A stretch of 64,000 nucleotides of DNA from Octopus sinensis (Eukaryota): assembly GCF_006345805.1 (NCBI RefSeq), contig NC_043001.1:45198001-45262000 (forward strand), written 5' to 3'. The position numbers and the translations under genes were made by a program. Under the pieces are notes generated by a model. It was not told the origin of the DNA. It was given only the letters and a program-made list of their open reading frames with translations, and searched no databases. Positions 39,846-53,534 of this stretch are shown here, piece by piece. Numbering within the stretch: position 1 is the first letter of the stretch; the number at the start of each line of letters is the position of its first letter.

Positions 39846-41889
39846 ATTTTAAGGTCAAGGTTTAATGGCTCTCCATTGGTTTCAGTGAGGAGGATCCAGT
39901 TGTTTAATCAACTGATTTCACCTGCTCATTGAATTAGCATATAAGTGGTTGACTATTCAACACACCCTTAGAAAGAATCAGTGTGACAGGGCTACGCCTT
40001 TGAATAACAGTTACAATTAATCTGACAGGCTTCTAAGCAGATTCTGTCTAACCAATTTCACTCACAAGGCTCAGATTAACTAGGGCAACAGTAGAAAACA
40101 CTTGCCTAAGATATCATTCAAGGGGCATCAAACTGAGGACTTGTGATTGTAAAATGAATTTCTTAACCAATTGGCCATGACAAGGTAGGATATAATCTCT
40201 ACTTCAATATTTGTGCCACATTATGCATTTATGAATTTAACATTGTTTTTAGGTAAGATATTTTGACTATAGTGTTCATTGTGTTAAGCTAAGAAAATGA
40301 CATAGGTTGTATTTCATACACAAGGTCATAAATTTGTGTAGTTAATTTGTATAGTTGATTTTATCAGTCCCGGTGTACTACTGTTTACACAACTTCACCT
40401 CTCTTATTAACCAATACTGACTTCTAACTTTGGTACAAAACTTACAAATTTCTAGGGATCAGCGACATAGTTGAATTAATCCTCTGTTAGATACATTCTC
40501 AAATTAATATGTTACATATTCCAACTAATAGCTAGGTGTACTTTAGTAAAGTGTTTTGCCCATAAACAGAATGGATCACCTGCAGTAAACTTGAATTCCC
40601 AATCTAGGAGAAAGTGGTTCAATACCTGGTTTACACAGTCATCTCACCTCTACATCTTTTGGTTTCATATTGTTAGGTATATGAAGGATAATTTTTCTCT
40701 CTGGAAAGAGTATCAGAATTAGAGTGAACAAGAGAGCCTCTTACATGTCAATACTTGATATAGCAGGAGCATTGTAGTCCGGGATCTACTATATGAGGTG
40801 GGGGCGAGATCAGGATGATGAAAGCTAGAAAACTTACAAACATAGGTCAACTAGATCAATGCTACCATGGTGCTAAACAACAGCAGCAACATAGCAGAAT
40901 TCCTGCAAACAACTAGACAAACTAGGGCATGTTTTCTGCACAAGCACACAATAGAATGCTTGCAATGGTCTTCATCTCAAGACCCACAAGCAGTTAGTCC
41001 CATATCCATACATCTATCATCAGCAGCATAGTGATACTGAACTTCCTTCCTCTCTTCCAGGATCTATCTCCAACCATTACACTCCTTCACATAAGAGTAG
41101 CTATTATTCTTCATTATGCTAATGTAGCAATGATATTTCATTTTCATATAAATAATTTTAACAGTACTAAAAACATTAAGTGGTATTTACAACCACTATT
41201 ATTCATTTAGTGTTAGATTAATTATAAATAATTACTGAAGATACAAACAAAATAGCAGCTATTTGTTTTAATTCTAAATATAATTTGTATTTTTTATACA
41301 GACTTCTCTGAGGAAGATTCCCTTCTTCCTCAGCTCAGTGGCTGAATGATTTCACCATCTGCTAAATTGCATTGATGCTACCAGGGACTGTATTATTTTG
41401 TTCCATATTGTAGTGCATATCCCTTAACGGTTTATATATGTAGCCACTTCACCAAACCAGGAGCAGCTACAACCACTAAGTAATTATTTTGCTTTTACTT
41501 TTTGCAGATGATTTATTAATCATTCCCAGAATTTGTCTTTCTCTCACGTGCCTCTGCCATACCCATGATGCAGTGTTCTCTACTTACATCTGCAGTTCAC
41601 ATATCTGGCATTGGACTTAGATGAATAGCAGAAAGAGTTTTCTGCTATTCATCTAAGTCCAATGCCAGACAGAGTACAGAAGTGAAATGTAAAATAGACC
41701 CTAACAAGTGAGTGTTTCATACTAATGGAGACATTTCTACTTCAAGTTTAAGTAGTTCAATATTTTAGAGATTCATTTCAGTTGTGAAATGAAAGGTTAA
41801 TTTTAACTTTAGAGGAGAAAAATGATATAATGGACAAACAATCAGTAGACACTATTACATTTTTATGTTGTTTGTCTCATTTCCATTTC

Positions 41890-42330
41890 TCTAGCCAAAA
41901 ATATCCTGGCTGAAGGAGGAGTCCCCCCTCTAGACATTCATATCTACTCACTATTACAAAACTTAATTAAGGCCAACATTGGAGTACTGCTAATATATAT
42001 GAGATGGTGTTACAACTTTGCACACAAACATCATAGGCAAAATCAAAAGAAAATTAGTCATGTTTGGCAAAGATTCACTAACTCTTGCACTTCAACCACT
42101 AGCTCAGATAATGCTGTTTCATTTTTGCCTTTCCTGTTGCTATTATGACTTCTGTTCTTCTGAACAAGTTCTCTGTCAAGTCCTTTCAATACATGTCCTC
42201 CACAATCTACCTTTACTATGTCTTTTAAAGACCAAATACATCACTAAACACTTACCCATTCCTCACTCCCCAAAATGAAAAGCCACTGAAATTCTGTTCC
42301 TGCTCACATTTTTCCTTCAGCACCTAACAG
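41890..42330 (+). mobile_element. CR1/L2-like LINE RT C-terminal remnant
   Basis: YKT*LRPTLEYC*YI*DG (~41954-42006; consensus YKxxIRPxLEYCSHIWDG), followed by SLTLALQPLA and a decayed HRR..SSLCLFYRYY..CSSE. Confidence 0.7.
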
Positions 42331-42814
42331 ATATGTAAAGCGAAAATCAGCTGCATCAAATCTGTCACAGAGAAGTGCAGATCCAGTATTGAAGTTGAAT
42401 AAAATCATTGTTTTTGAGGTTTAGTAACATTTTATCTATCACTGATAGGGAGAGTGTAGAGAGAGTTTGACAACTTGCCCAACTCATAAAATCATGAGAA
42501 ATTAGCCACTGAAATAATGACAATGATTGGCAATGTTGTCTTGACTCATGTCAGTGCTAATCGAGCAGACCTACACTCAAAGACATTCCACCTGTTACTA
42601 AATCAACTTTAATTTGAACAAAGTGTTCCACAGGACTGCATTATCCAAGGTGCCCTTTGTCTTCAGTGTGATATTGTAAGATATGATTTGATAGATATTT
42701 GGCTGCTTTTTCTAGCAGGTCTGGTCACATAGAGGCTCCCTTGTTAACTCAGCAATGATGATGTTGATGACAATGATGATTGTTACAATTGAATTTGTTT
42801 CAGTCATTTAACTG

Positions 42815-43190
42815 CATGAAAGCTGGAGCACAACCTTGGACTTTTAGTCAGAGGAATCAAGCCTAATGCTTTTATTTTGTAAGCTTGCAACTTATTCTAT
42901 CGGTTTTTTCCAAACCACTAAATTACAGGAATGTAAACAAACTGACACCAGTTGTCAAGAGGTGGTGGTGGTGGTGGGGAACACAGACACAAAGACACAC
43001 ATATACACAGAAACATGAATATATATATATGAGCTTTTTCCAGTTTCCATCTACCAAATCCAATTACAAAACTTTGGTCAGCCTAAGTCTATAGTAGAAA
43101 ACATTTGCCCAAGGTGCCATACAATGGGATTGAACCCAGAATCACATGGTTGGGAAGCAAGCTTCTTACCACACAACCATACCTGCCCTT
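42815..43190 (-). mobile_element. Abundant tRNA-derived SINE, minus-strand copy
   Basis: ...aaactgacaccagttgtcaagaggtggtgg...ttccagtttccatctaccaaatcc...ttgcccaaggtgccatacaatgggattgaacccagaatcacatggttgggaagcaagcttcttaccacac. Confidence 0.85.
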
Positions 43191-43564
43191 TATATAATTT
43201 CATCTATTTTTTTTTTTACTGTTTTGTTTAATTTTCTTTCTCATTACTTTTATTACTTTTGCCATTCATGAGATATTAACATATTAAAAGATCACTTGCA
43301 AATTTAGATGACTTAACTTCACCAATTCACTAGATGTAGTTTGTTGGGTGTTTGAAAATTTGGCGTTATCTTAAGCATGATTCAATTTAATATATATCAT
43401 TAAAACATAATATATGTCATAAACAGAAATTCAAAATTTGATATTTTCTAAGTGATGTTGAATGATAACTTAAAGCATGACATAAGCAATAGGTTATGGT
43501 TAAACACAACTATGTAGAGATTTGAATATGTGTAAATATATATATATACCTATCTTTTATCTTT

Positions 43565-43915
43565 TACTTGTTTCACTCATTAGACTATGACCATGCTAGG
43601 GTACCATTCTGAAGAATTTTAGTCAATCAAACCACCCCTGGTACTTATTCTATTGAACTCTTTTGCCAAGCCACTAAGTTAAGGGAACATAAACACAACA
43701 ACACTGGTTATCAAGTGGTGTTGGGAGGAGGTGAAAACACAGGCACAAACACTCACACACACATAATGGGCTTCTTTCAGTTTCCATCTACCAAATCCAC
43801 TCACAAGGCTTTGGTTGGCTCAACACCATAGTAGAAGACACTTGCCCAAGGTGCCATGCAGTGGAACTAAACCTAGAACCATGTGGTTGGGAAGCAAACG
43901 TCTTAGCACATAGCT
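43565..43915 (-). mobile_element. Abundant tRNA-derived SINE, minus-strand copy
   Basis: ...gggcttctttcagtttccatctaccaaatccactcacaaggctttggttggc...gacacttgcccaaggtgccatgcagtggaactaaacctagaaccatgtggttgggaagcaaacg. Confidence 0.88.
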
Positions 43916-43920
43916 ATCCC

Positions 43921-43959
<39 letters not shown>

Positions 43960-44699
43960 CGCACTTGTTTTCTCAGTGTAAAGCAATATTCTTTTAAGAA
44001 TACAAGTTAATTGCTTACCATTCATCAGTTCTTTTTAACTTTTGGAATAGACTAATTCTCATCTTGAAAGATTTCAATCTTCCTTCAGTATACTTACTGC
44101 TCTACACAATATTTGACTGCTTTAAAAATGATTAAGTTTGAAAGAATCTAATGAGAAGCATCTATGTGGCTGCTTGACCTGCAAGAAATAGCAGCTGAAT
44201 CTATAGTAAATTCTTTCCTAATATCTTAAAAAAATAGGACACATTAAACAATGTAGTCTGACATATACAAAAAGATGGAATAGTCAAAGCTTGAATGTTT
44301 TTAATCATGGATATGCTCAGTGATAGCCAACTTGAGACTAAACAAAATAGTTAAAATATTTAAAGCATATAATTTTATTTTTTAATTAAATTAATTTTGG
44401 AGAAATGAAAATTGTATTGTGCTATTTATGAGGTGTAATGGATATAAGTTTCAGGCAGAATATTGATAACATGGTCATAGGCTCAGTTCATACTATTGTT
44501 ATTGTACTGTGTTGCTGAACAAAGGTATCTAACTCTGCTTCTCCAGGAAATTATTAGTTTGTGGAAACAATGACTGTCTGTGTTGGAAAAACAAGGAAGA
44601 AGAACAAAAAAAAAATCAATTATTAAAATTAGTAAAAAAATGGCAAAGAGAGCTGAGGCCTGATGGTGCAAGCAGAACCTTTCATCAAATGCAAGCCCT

Positions 44700-46350
44700 G
44701 ACTGTAAATTGAAAACTTGTCTATACTTGCTCCAGTTTATCTAATAATTAGTGACAAAAGAATAAGGGAAAAAATAACATGAATGATTAAGAAGTTAAGT
44801 GCCATTAGTAGGGTTCAACTCCTGTAAATATTCAAACCAGATCACACTTGGAAAATACTTGAACCATGGGCATAAGCTACATCAGTACCATGAGTCTCAG
44901 TGAGTGTACAAAGATCATGGGTACTGCATCTTCTCTCTTTTACTTTATAAAAAGACTTGAGATGAAAGTTATTGAAGATCTAAAATGTAAATTTCTAATT
45001 TATAACAAAACAGTTATTTTCTTTGACTATCTAGATTTTATAATTTCATATATACCTGTATTTATTTAGCACATTTCAAGCCTAATTATTTTGCTAAATT
45101 ATCAAATATTTCAGGCATGCATAAGAGTAATCTATCTAGCTGAAAAATAGGCACCATTCTTGCTTCCCATATGAGTGGGTTGTTCAACTGTTAAGTCCCA
45201 ATTTTTTAAATACTCCACAGAAATGTTAATTTGAGCACTTATCAACTTATGCATGCCTGAACAAAAACAAAATGGGTTCAATAATGCCGAAAGATAAAAG
45301 AACAGAATATAATCACTTACAGAGACATTATAAATTTACACACTACTGAAGTTCATGTTTTGTTTTCCAGCCTACAGCTTGTATTATACAAATATACAAA
45401 AGTGCAGTTTTATAATGTTTAAGTATGTCAAAGTGGCAGCTGTTGGACAGAATATTCAGCCACGACATTTCTATTCCAAATGTAAATGTCCTCATACACC
45501 AAATCTTATTGCAGCTGTTGGCCATTGATCCTGATCTATGCTTTGCTATACACATTTGAGCATTAACTTGTTTAGTAGACTAATCTACACCATACCAGTA
45601 TGGTGCAATAAATTTTTAAATGCTGCAAAACACTCCTACTAAATTTCAGATTCATAAGAAACCTCTTCACTCCAAGAATTCTTTGATGTATTTTTAACCT
45701 GTAGCATTCTCTACATAATTCTTATTTATTCTTTCCATATGTACATAGCACTGGAACTGCCATTATTCCCTTCATGGGACTGTCACATTAAGTTGACAGT
45801 ATGCAATTATTTCTTTTCTTTTTCCAGAAAAATATATTATGATGATTACCTAATGTGCGTTTTCCAAAGACTTTGGTTCTGGATTCATTTGTTCTACATT
45901 TCTAGCTAAAACTTCTTTTGAACCCCCCACTCTTCCAGCATTTTAACTGCAGTTAGACCATGAGAGTTTTTTTCATTTCCAGAATATAACAACACAGCTA
46001 TTATCAACAGTGAAATGATAAATTATAAGGTAAGTAACACTATATGAAAGAACAATAAAATGCAATTTGAAATGACATTCTTCTAACCATTGCAAGTTTG
46101 TTCTGAGCTGATTGCACAAAATATTATTAAATAATCTTAAAATATTGCATTTATTTTTATATATTCCCTTCTATCTCTGAATGATGAGTTCTTGAGCTTT
46201 CTAATGGTCTTACTAGTATAAGAACAAGTTTTTTCATCAAACCAGTTAACATCTTTGACCAAAAGAAATCGAACAACTGATGAATTGTTTATAGATGCAG
46301 GACAAAGTTTTTGTTAATTTTGGATGAAAATAAAGCTAATAAATTTTTGA
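44700..46350 (-). mobile_element. Highly degenerate LINE-like ORF remnant (clade uncertain)
   Basis: The minus strand near 46.1-46.3k gives LVKDVNWFDEKTCSYTSKTIRKLK...RREY.K, resembling the 'PWFDxEC' endonuclease-RT linker of CR1/L2-type LINEs. The remainder is too decayed to align by eye. Confidence 0.35.
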
Positions 46351-47934
46351 TTTAGTACATTTCTGAATATATATTTATTGTGCTATTTATGAGGCGTAAT
46401 GGATATAAGTTTCAGGCAGAATATTGATCACATAGTCATAGGCTTAGTTCATACTATTGTTATTGTACTGTGTTGCTGAACAAAGGTATCTAACTCTGCT
46501 TCTACATGAAATTACTAGAGTTTGTAGAAACAATGATTGTCTGTGTTGGAAAAACAAGGAAGAAGAAGAAAAAAAAAAAATCAGTATTTAAAATTAGTAA
46601 AAATTTGGCAAAGAGAGCTGAGGTCTGATGGTGCAGGCAGAAGCTTTCATCAAATGACTGCATTTTTATTTATATTTATTTTATTCACAACACACCTTCG
46701 AGCAATTAAAACTATTTTGATGCACTTTGTTACAAGAGCACTAAGATATTTACATATTTTAGGATACAAATATATATATAATTTCAACTATAGAAATGAT
46801 TAAGTAGTTATTTCTTTAAACAGTAAACAACATTGCTATTTTTCACATCTTGTGTTATGTCAGTGTATCACATTGCTCAGTGTGGAAACTACTATATTAG
46901 AAAAAAAAGCAATTTTCAAATAAAAAGTAATTTCAAACTATGTTCTAATTGAAATGAATCATATAAACAGCTAAGCACTTGAATAAAGTGTAGATGTGAT
47001 ATTGGCTGCATCAGAAATTGCAACATGCATTGTGCTCACACACAAACAATGCTCTTTTATAATTTTGAATATTAATCCAACAAATTACTTTATGAAAGAT
47101 CAAATATTAATCTATACAGAATTGATAAATTTATTTGTTTTGCAATACTATTTTGTACATTTCCAAGCTTCTAACACCATTTTTTGTGAAACTACAGGGT
47201 TCTGTATGTTTACACTTTGCTAAGAGAACATTTGACCCTTTCTATATCGAAGTTAATGAAATTCCAAATAGATTCTAAATCAGGATTCTCTAATTGCCAA
47301 ACGTGTGTTCTTGCTTGGATCCTTAAATTAATTTACTACAAACAAGTTGTCTTGTTTGTTGCCATTAAAGGTTGATAAAGAAAACTGTGAAGGTGAGTGG
47401 CCTTGTGATTAGGGTGTTGCATTCACAATCATTAGATTAGGGCTTTGGTTTTGGGACTGAGTGGTGCATTGTATTCTACAGCAAATCACTTCCTTTTACA
47501 TTGTTTCATCCTCTACAGCTATGTGACAGACCAGTGTCCATTCAAGGGTAACGTTGTGATCTCAGTCACTTATATGCTATGGAAACTGGGTCACTAGCCT
47601 GAGGAGTCTTAAGGTTCAAAACAGAAGAAAGAAAATTGTAAAGTAAAGCAGGAGGGTAAATACATTGCACCTTTATACATATCTTGCTCTTTACTGTTAT
47701 TGCACTGCATATTTACTTTAACCACTTTAGCAGAGTACAAGAATCACTTTTATTTAATAGAGAAACTGTCTTAATTAAAATAATGGAAAACTGTAATAAA
47801 ACTATAAATATTTGTTGTGAGAGAAAGGGAAAACATCAATATTTTGGATATAGGTCTTTTTTTCCAAAATAGTGAGGAGAAATAACAGTAAAGTATTTAC
47901 ATGTTGCTATCCAATTATCATTGTTATTATTATT

Positions 47935-48400
47935 AAGTCAACAAGCTGGCAGAATCATTAGCATACTGGATGAAATGCTTCACAGTATTTTGCCCATTGC
48001 TATGATCTGAGTTCAAATTCTGCCAAGGTCAACTTTGCCTTTCATCCTTTCGGGGTCAATAAATTAAGTACCAGTGAAACACTGGGGTTGATGAAATCAG
48101 CTAGTTCACTCCCCCAAAATTTCAAGCCTTATGCCTTTAGTAGAAAGGATTATTATTATTATTGAGTGAGAGATAGGAGAGAGAGAGAGAGAGAGAGAGC
48201 AGTGCATACCATCAAAGTAACACTGAGGGTACATATATACAAAACCCAACATATCCAGCATGACTACCAGGCACATGCATCACACCCATATATACATAGC
48301 ATGGCAATCTCATATCAAGATAAACAGCACATGATCTTGCAGGTGGGACCTAGTTAGAATTTTCTTCATGTCAAGTAGCTCATCCTGCTCAAAAGGTCAC
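47935..48400 (+). mobile_element. tRNA-type SINE with extended 3' region
   Basis: caagctggcagaatcattagc...gagttcaaattctgccaaggtcaactttgcctttcatcctttcggggtcaataaattaagtaccag..., then gagagagcagtgcataccatcaaagtaacactg... A second copy lies directly downstream (48552-48825). Confidence 0.85.
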
Positions 48401-48551
48401 TATTATTATTTAGTTTGACTCAGATTCGGTCTTGTTCTTGGTAGGATTTATGTAGGTAGCAGGTGACTATCTATAACCTTAGGTATCCACACAGTTTCAG
48501 TAGTCTTTCAAGTGCTTAGAATCCTCCTGATAATCCATTATTATCATTATT

Positions 48552-48825
48552 AAGACAATGAGCTGGAAGAATCATTAACATGCTGGGCAAAATGATTAGC
48601 AGCATTTCATCCACCTTTACATTCTGAATTCAAATACCACCAAGGTTAACTTTGCCTTTCATCTTTTGGGGGTATCAATGAAATAAGTACCAGTTGAAAA
48701 CTGGGGTTGGTTTAACTGACTATCCCCCTCTCAAAAACTTCAGACCTTGCGCCTATAATAGAAAGGATTATTATTATTGAGTGAGAGAGCAGCATACACC
48801 ATCAAAATTACACTGGGGTACAAAT
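48552..48825 (+). mobile_element. Second tandem copy of the same SINE
   Basis: gagctggaagaatcattaacatgctgggcaaaatg...gttaactttgcctttcatc...gagtgagagagcagcatacaccatcaaaattacactggggtac. Confidence 0.8.
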
Positions 48826-50593
48826 ATATTATTATGTGGTGGTGGTGTTTGCATTAGCAGCAGTAGCAGTAGTAGTGGTAGTAAATTTCTGTGTGATTGT
48901 AAAATACATGTAGCTTGTCTACTGAGTAACTTTCTGTCAAGTTTAAACAAGACTTAGTAGCAACAAAGGAGATTTCAACAGATGACTTTTCTTAAGCCAA
49001 AACATGTCTCTTAAAGACATTCTTTCATGAAAACAGTAAAAGACAATGTATAATAATAGTAGCAGTAGGAGCACCATCAACAACAAGTAGCAAAACAAAG
49101 AAGATATTTGGACAATGAAGTAAAGGATAAAACAGCTATGAGATTTGTAGCATTAATTACTTAATTACTATAAAAGAAGAGACATTCAGTAATGCCATAT
49201 ATGTTGATTATTTCATATAGAAAACCTTCAATTTCATTTCTGCCCATTGTTTGTAACTAATTCTTTGTTTCTGTTGTTACTTTCTTGATAGTTACAAATT
49301 AATGTAATTAATTTAATTATATTGATCAGTTTTTCCCTTCTTTTTATCTATACAATTCCATTGTCTGCTAGAAGTTCAAATGACAAAGAATGAATGTGAT
49401 TTTGCTTTAACTTCATCACCTCAAAGATTGAATATGCCACAAATATCCAAAGTAGACACAAGGTAGCTAGAGAAGCTCCATGGAGATATTCAACTAAATG
49501 TATGAGTGCCCACACCAAGAAACTCCAAAATCTACAAGAAACTCAACAGTCTTTGAAATGAAGCACTTCATACTTTTAGCTCAAATTCTAAAAGCCAATA
49601 AATGTGCCTGTACATGACAATTTGGTCTGCTAGATATAAACAGGTTAAAAGACATATAGGTTATTGCAGTTCTAGACATTACATCTGAATAAAGAATGAT
49701 GGGTGTAGCTGGAACACCTTTGATTGACCTGCAAGAAACATTAACTAAATTTCTCTCAAATCCTATTCTACCATCTTAGAAAAGATAGATTGAATAACGG
49801 AATTCTACTCAGTCAGGATTGGTATAAAGTTAAACAGTAGCAGCAAAACTCCTTAAAGTATCAAGAACACTTCTACATGTTCACAAAACTTGCTAGAGAT
49901 AACCACCCAATCTCTCTCTGACAAACTGTCTTTAAAAAATGCAGTCACATTAAATAATGTAGATCTAGATATACTATATCTGAATAAACTAAGGGTTAGT
50001 CACAGCTAGAACATTTTTGAATCATAGATCTACAGGATCAGGACATAAGGGTTAACATAAGGCTAAAAAACATCTACAACAGTAAAATAGAAAAGTAGAT
50101 TAATCCTGTTGTGAAACTCCACAGTCCATTCTCTACTCTGGTTTCTGTAGTTCATCCAGAGAATTAAAGAATCCAATCTACTAAATAAATATGCAAGTTA
50201 TATCAGGTGCAGATATTTTAAATTGTAGGGAACTGTAATATAAATAGCAGAACTATATCCTTGTTTGTCAAACTTAGGGAGGTGAAATATTCATAATTAC
50301 CACTAAACAGATGTGACCAAATTATAGGTGGAAAATGAAGAACATATGGCTTATTTGGGATTTGTTCAAGGTTATTTTGCTTTTGTTTTCTTTGAATTAT
50401 TTTATTTTTTATTTGCTTCTTTTATATACACCCTCATACATGTCTATACAGATGCACACATGTATGTAAATATACTCATACATATACATAAACTCACACT
50501 TGTGCGTTTTCTATTTTTCATTATTTTATTTTAGATCATATTCTGTGATTTATTTCTTACTTTGATATTCATATTTTTCAAATAATACACACA

Positions 50594-50632
<39 letters not shown>

Positions 50633-52261
50633 GTATATTTTAAATAAAATAAAAAGATTTGCTATTTTAAGTTAATCTCCAAGCTGTTTTTTTCTCTCTT
50701 TCTCACTTAGAGACCCTGCAAAAAGCTATGAGTGCTCCCTTCCCTTCATAACTAAGACATTAAAAGTAAAAATGATTCTGAAGATTTTTATTAATATTTT
50801 ATTTATTTATTGTTATTTTTCAAAAAGAATGTTCTGAGAGACATTTTTACAAAACGCTTTACAGCTTTGATTGTCTAATACACTTTCAATTTCTTTGTGT
50901 GTGTGTGTGTGTGTGTGCGCATGTGTGTGTGTGTGTGTTTATGAATGTATGTGTGTGCACGCACACATGCTATATTATAACTACAGCTATCACTCAGAAT
51001 CAAAGATGATTTGGTAGTACATACCACAATTTCGCTAATTGTTTTAGGTGGAGCAAACATAGAAACCTTCTTGAACCTTCCCACCCTCAACAACAGAATA
51101 TCTAGTATGTGAAGCTAGAGGAAGAGAGGACTGCATCAGCACTCAATCCATGCTCATTTCAGCTAGGTAGAATGAAGCAATGTGAAATGAAGTGCTACTT
51201 GCTCAATCTTAGAATCAAACCTTATGATCATGCGTCTAACATCCTAACCACAATGCCATATGCCTTCATATACAGTACTACAAAAGACCTAAATAAAACA
51301 GCTATCGATAATGTAGATAGAGTACTAATGTATAAGAGGAAATCTTTGAGGATGCTATAATACCTAATATTGAGTGTTTGGTAAGCTGAGTTACATGGAA
51401 TAAAGTCTCCTCATATTCTGCTCAGATAGCAGTGAGTTTGGAACATAACATGGCCTTTGTATTGGTAATTCAATATCTTACCTATTCATTTAACCTTTAC
51501 AGATATAACTCAAAATTATATTGTTTAACTTACAGGAAGATTCTGCTAGGATTAACATATAAATCCTGCTTTTTAATACCATTTTCTTTGTCTTATACTA
51601 ATATCCTAAAGTAATGATAAATGAATATTGCATTTTAATATCTAAGCACAGACAAAACAGTTTAATCATTACAAGAAAGGTTAAGTGTAAGTAAGTTGAT
51701 AAGTTGATGGACATTAAAAAGTACTGGTCTATATGTACACAGAAAAACTATATTGCTCTAGAAAAATCACACTAATAGACAATAATATATCACCTGCTGA
51801 GAGAAAATGAGATGACAGTGGCGGGAACTTGTGGTTATATACAAACAAACAAAGGAAGATATGGGAAGAAGTGGTGAAACCAGATTTGAGAATGTTGGTC
51901 CTCACACATGATGTTGCAAGACTGAGAAGAATAGAGAGATACTGTGCTGCAGTCATTTGATACATGTTGACATGTATCAACTGGATCATTATAATTATGA
52001 TCATTATTATTTATTTCCTTTATGTCTGCAGTTATTTACTGTATATGAATAAAGATATGTCAGCATTGGATTCACACCTGCTGTCTACAGTGTATGGAAT
52101 AACAAACAAAAGCCAACTGTAGTGCCACACCACAACCTGTTCTACAACTTCCCTATAACTTCGAACAGCTTAAGGTGATTATATTAAAAGGGCTGAAAAA
52201 GGAAATTTATAACATAGCTGGTCAAATCCATGTCAAAAGATTAAGTTTATTCATTTATCCT

Positions 52262-52595
52262 TTTCTTGTTTCAATCAATAGACTGCAGCCATGTTAGAGC
52301 ACTGCCTTGAAGGGTTTAGCTGAACAAATTGAGCCCTGTACTTATCTTTTAAGCCTGGTACTTATTCTATTGGCCTCTTTTGCTAGGGGACACAAACAAA
52401 CCAATAATGGGAGAGGGAAGAACAAAAACAAAGACACACAAATATCTACATGACAAGCTTCCACACAGTTTCCCTCTACCCAAATTCACTCACAAAGAAT
52501 TGACTGAACCAGAGCTATAGTAGAACACACTTGTTCAAAGTACTACATAGTGGGACTGAACTCAATACCATGTGGTTGCAAAGCAAGCTTCTTGA
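52262..52595 (-). mobile_element. Abundant tRNA-derived SINE, minus-strand copy
   Basis: tttcaatcaatagactgcagccatgttagagcactgccttgaaggg...gcctggtacttattctattgg...aaattcactcacaaag...ctatagtagaacacacttg...catgtggttgcaaagcaagcttc. Confidence 0.8.
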
Positions 52596-52816
52596 TAATG
52601 ATAAATAAAAATACATAACAGATAAAAAGTTGTAAAGTTCTCAATATTTCAGTTTATATTAATATCCTTCTTCTTGTAACATATCAGTCACTATAGTATG
52701 TATTTAGATAAAGTTCATTATCAAAGGTTTATACTTTTGTTGTACTACTTAAAGCAAACACAAACTGAGTTTACCAATATCAGCAATGAATCAACTGATA
52801 AATGTTTAACATAATA

Positions 52817-53534
52817 ATGTGTAATGTCAGTGTGCATGCATGACAGAGTGTAAGCACTCTGAGAGAAATGTTGGACATAAGAAGCATCGGATATGGCATG
52901 CAAGAGAGACATTTGCGCTGGTATGGTCATGTACTACAGATGGATGAGGAGAGCTGTGTGAAGAAGTGCCACTCCCAAACAGTTGAAGGAATCTGGAGTA
53001 GAGGTAGACCCAGGAACACATGGGATGAGGTGGTGAAGCATGACCTTCAAACGTTGGGCCACACAGAGGCAATGATGAAAGACCGAGACCTCTGGAGATA
53101 TGCTGTGACTGCAAAGACCCAGCAAATAAAGTGAGTTCACGGCTGTATCCTACACCAGTTTCGTATAACCAGCCCTAGCCCATTCAAAAGTACCTTGGAT
53201 TGTGGGGTGACCTGCTGTACTTGAAGGGACCTATTGAGTCAAGTACATCAACATCAAAATGAAAATCAAATGGAAATTGTAGTTGTGATACCCATTCCGG
53301 TGGCACATAAAAAGCACCATCTGAATGTGGCCGATGCCAGCGCCACCTTGAATGGCTTCTGTACCGGTAGCATATAAAAAGCACCAACCGATCGTGGCTG
53401 TTGCCAGCCTCCTCTGGCTCCTGTGCTGGTGGCATGTAAAAAGCACCCACTACACTCATGGAGTGGTTGGCATTAGGAAGGGCATCCAGCTGCAGAAACA
53501 CTGCCAGATCAGACTGGAGCCTGGTGCAGCCTCA
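52817..53534 (+). mobile_element. Second RTE-1 LINE copy (RT C-terminus plus 3' UTR), interrupted at 53534
   Basis: ORF 52868-53134 reads ...MQERHLRWYGHVLQMDEESCVKKC...GRGRPRNTWDEVVKHDL...DRDLWRYAV (RTE C-terminal signature). The UTR matches 3.9-4.15k and resumes at 54081-54178. Confidence 0.9.
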
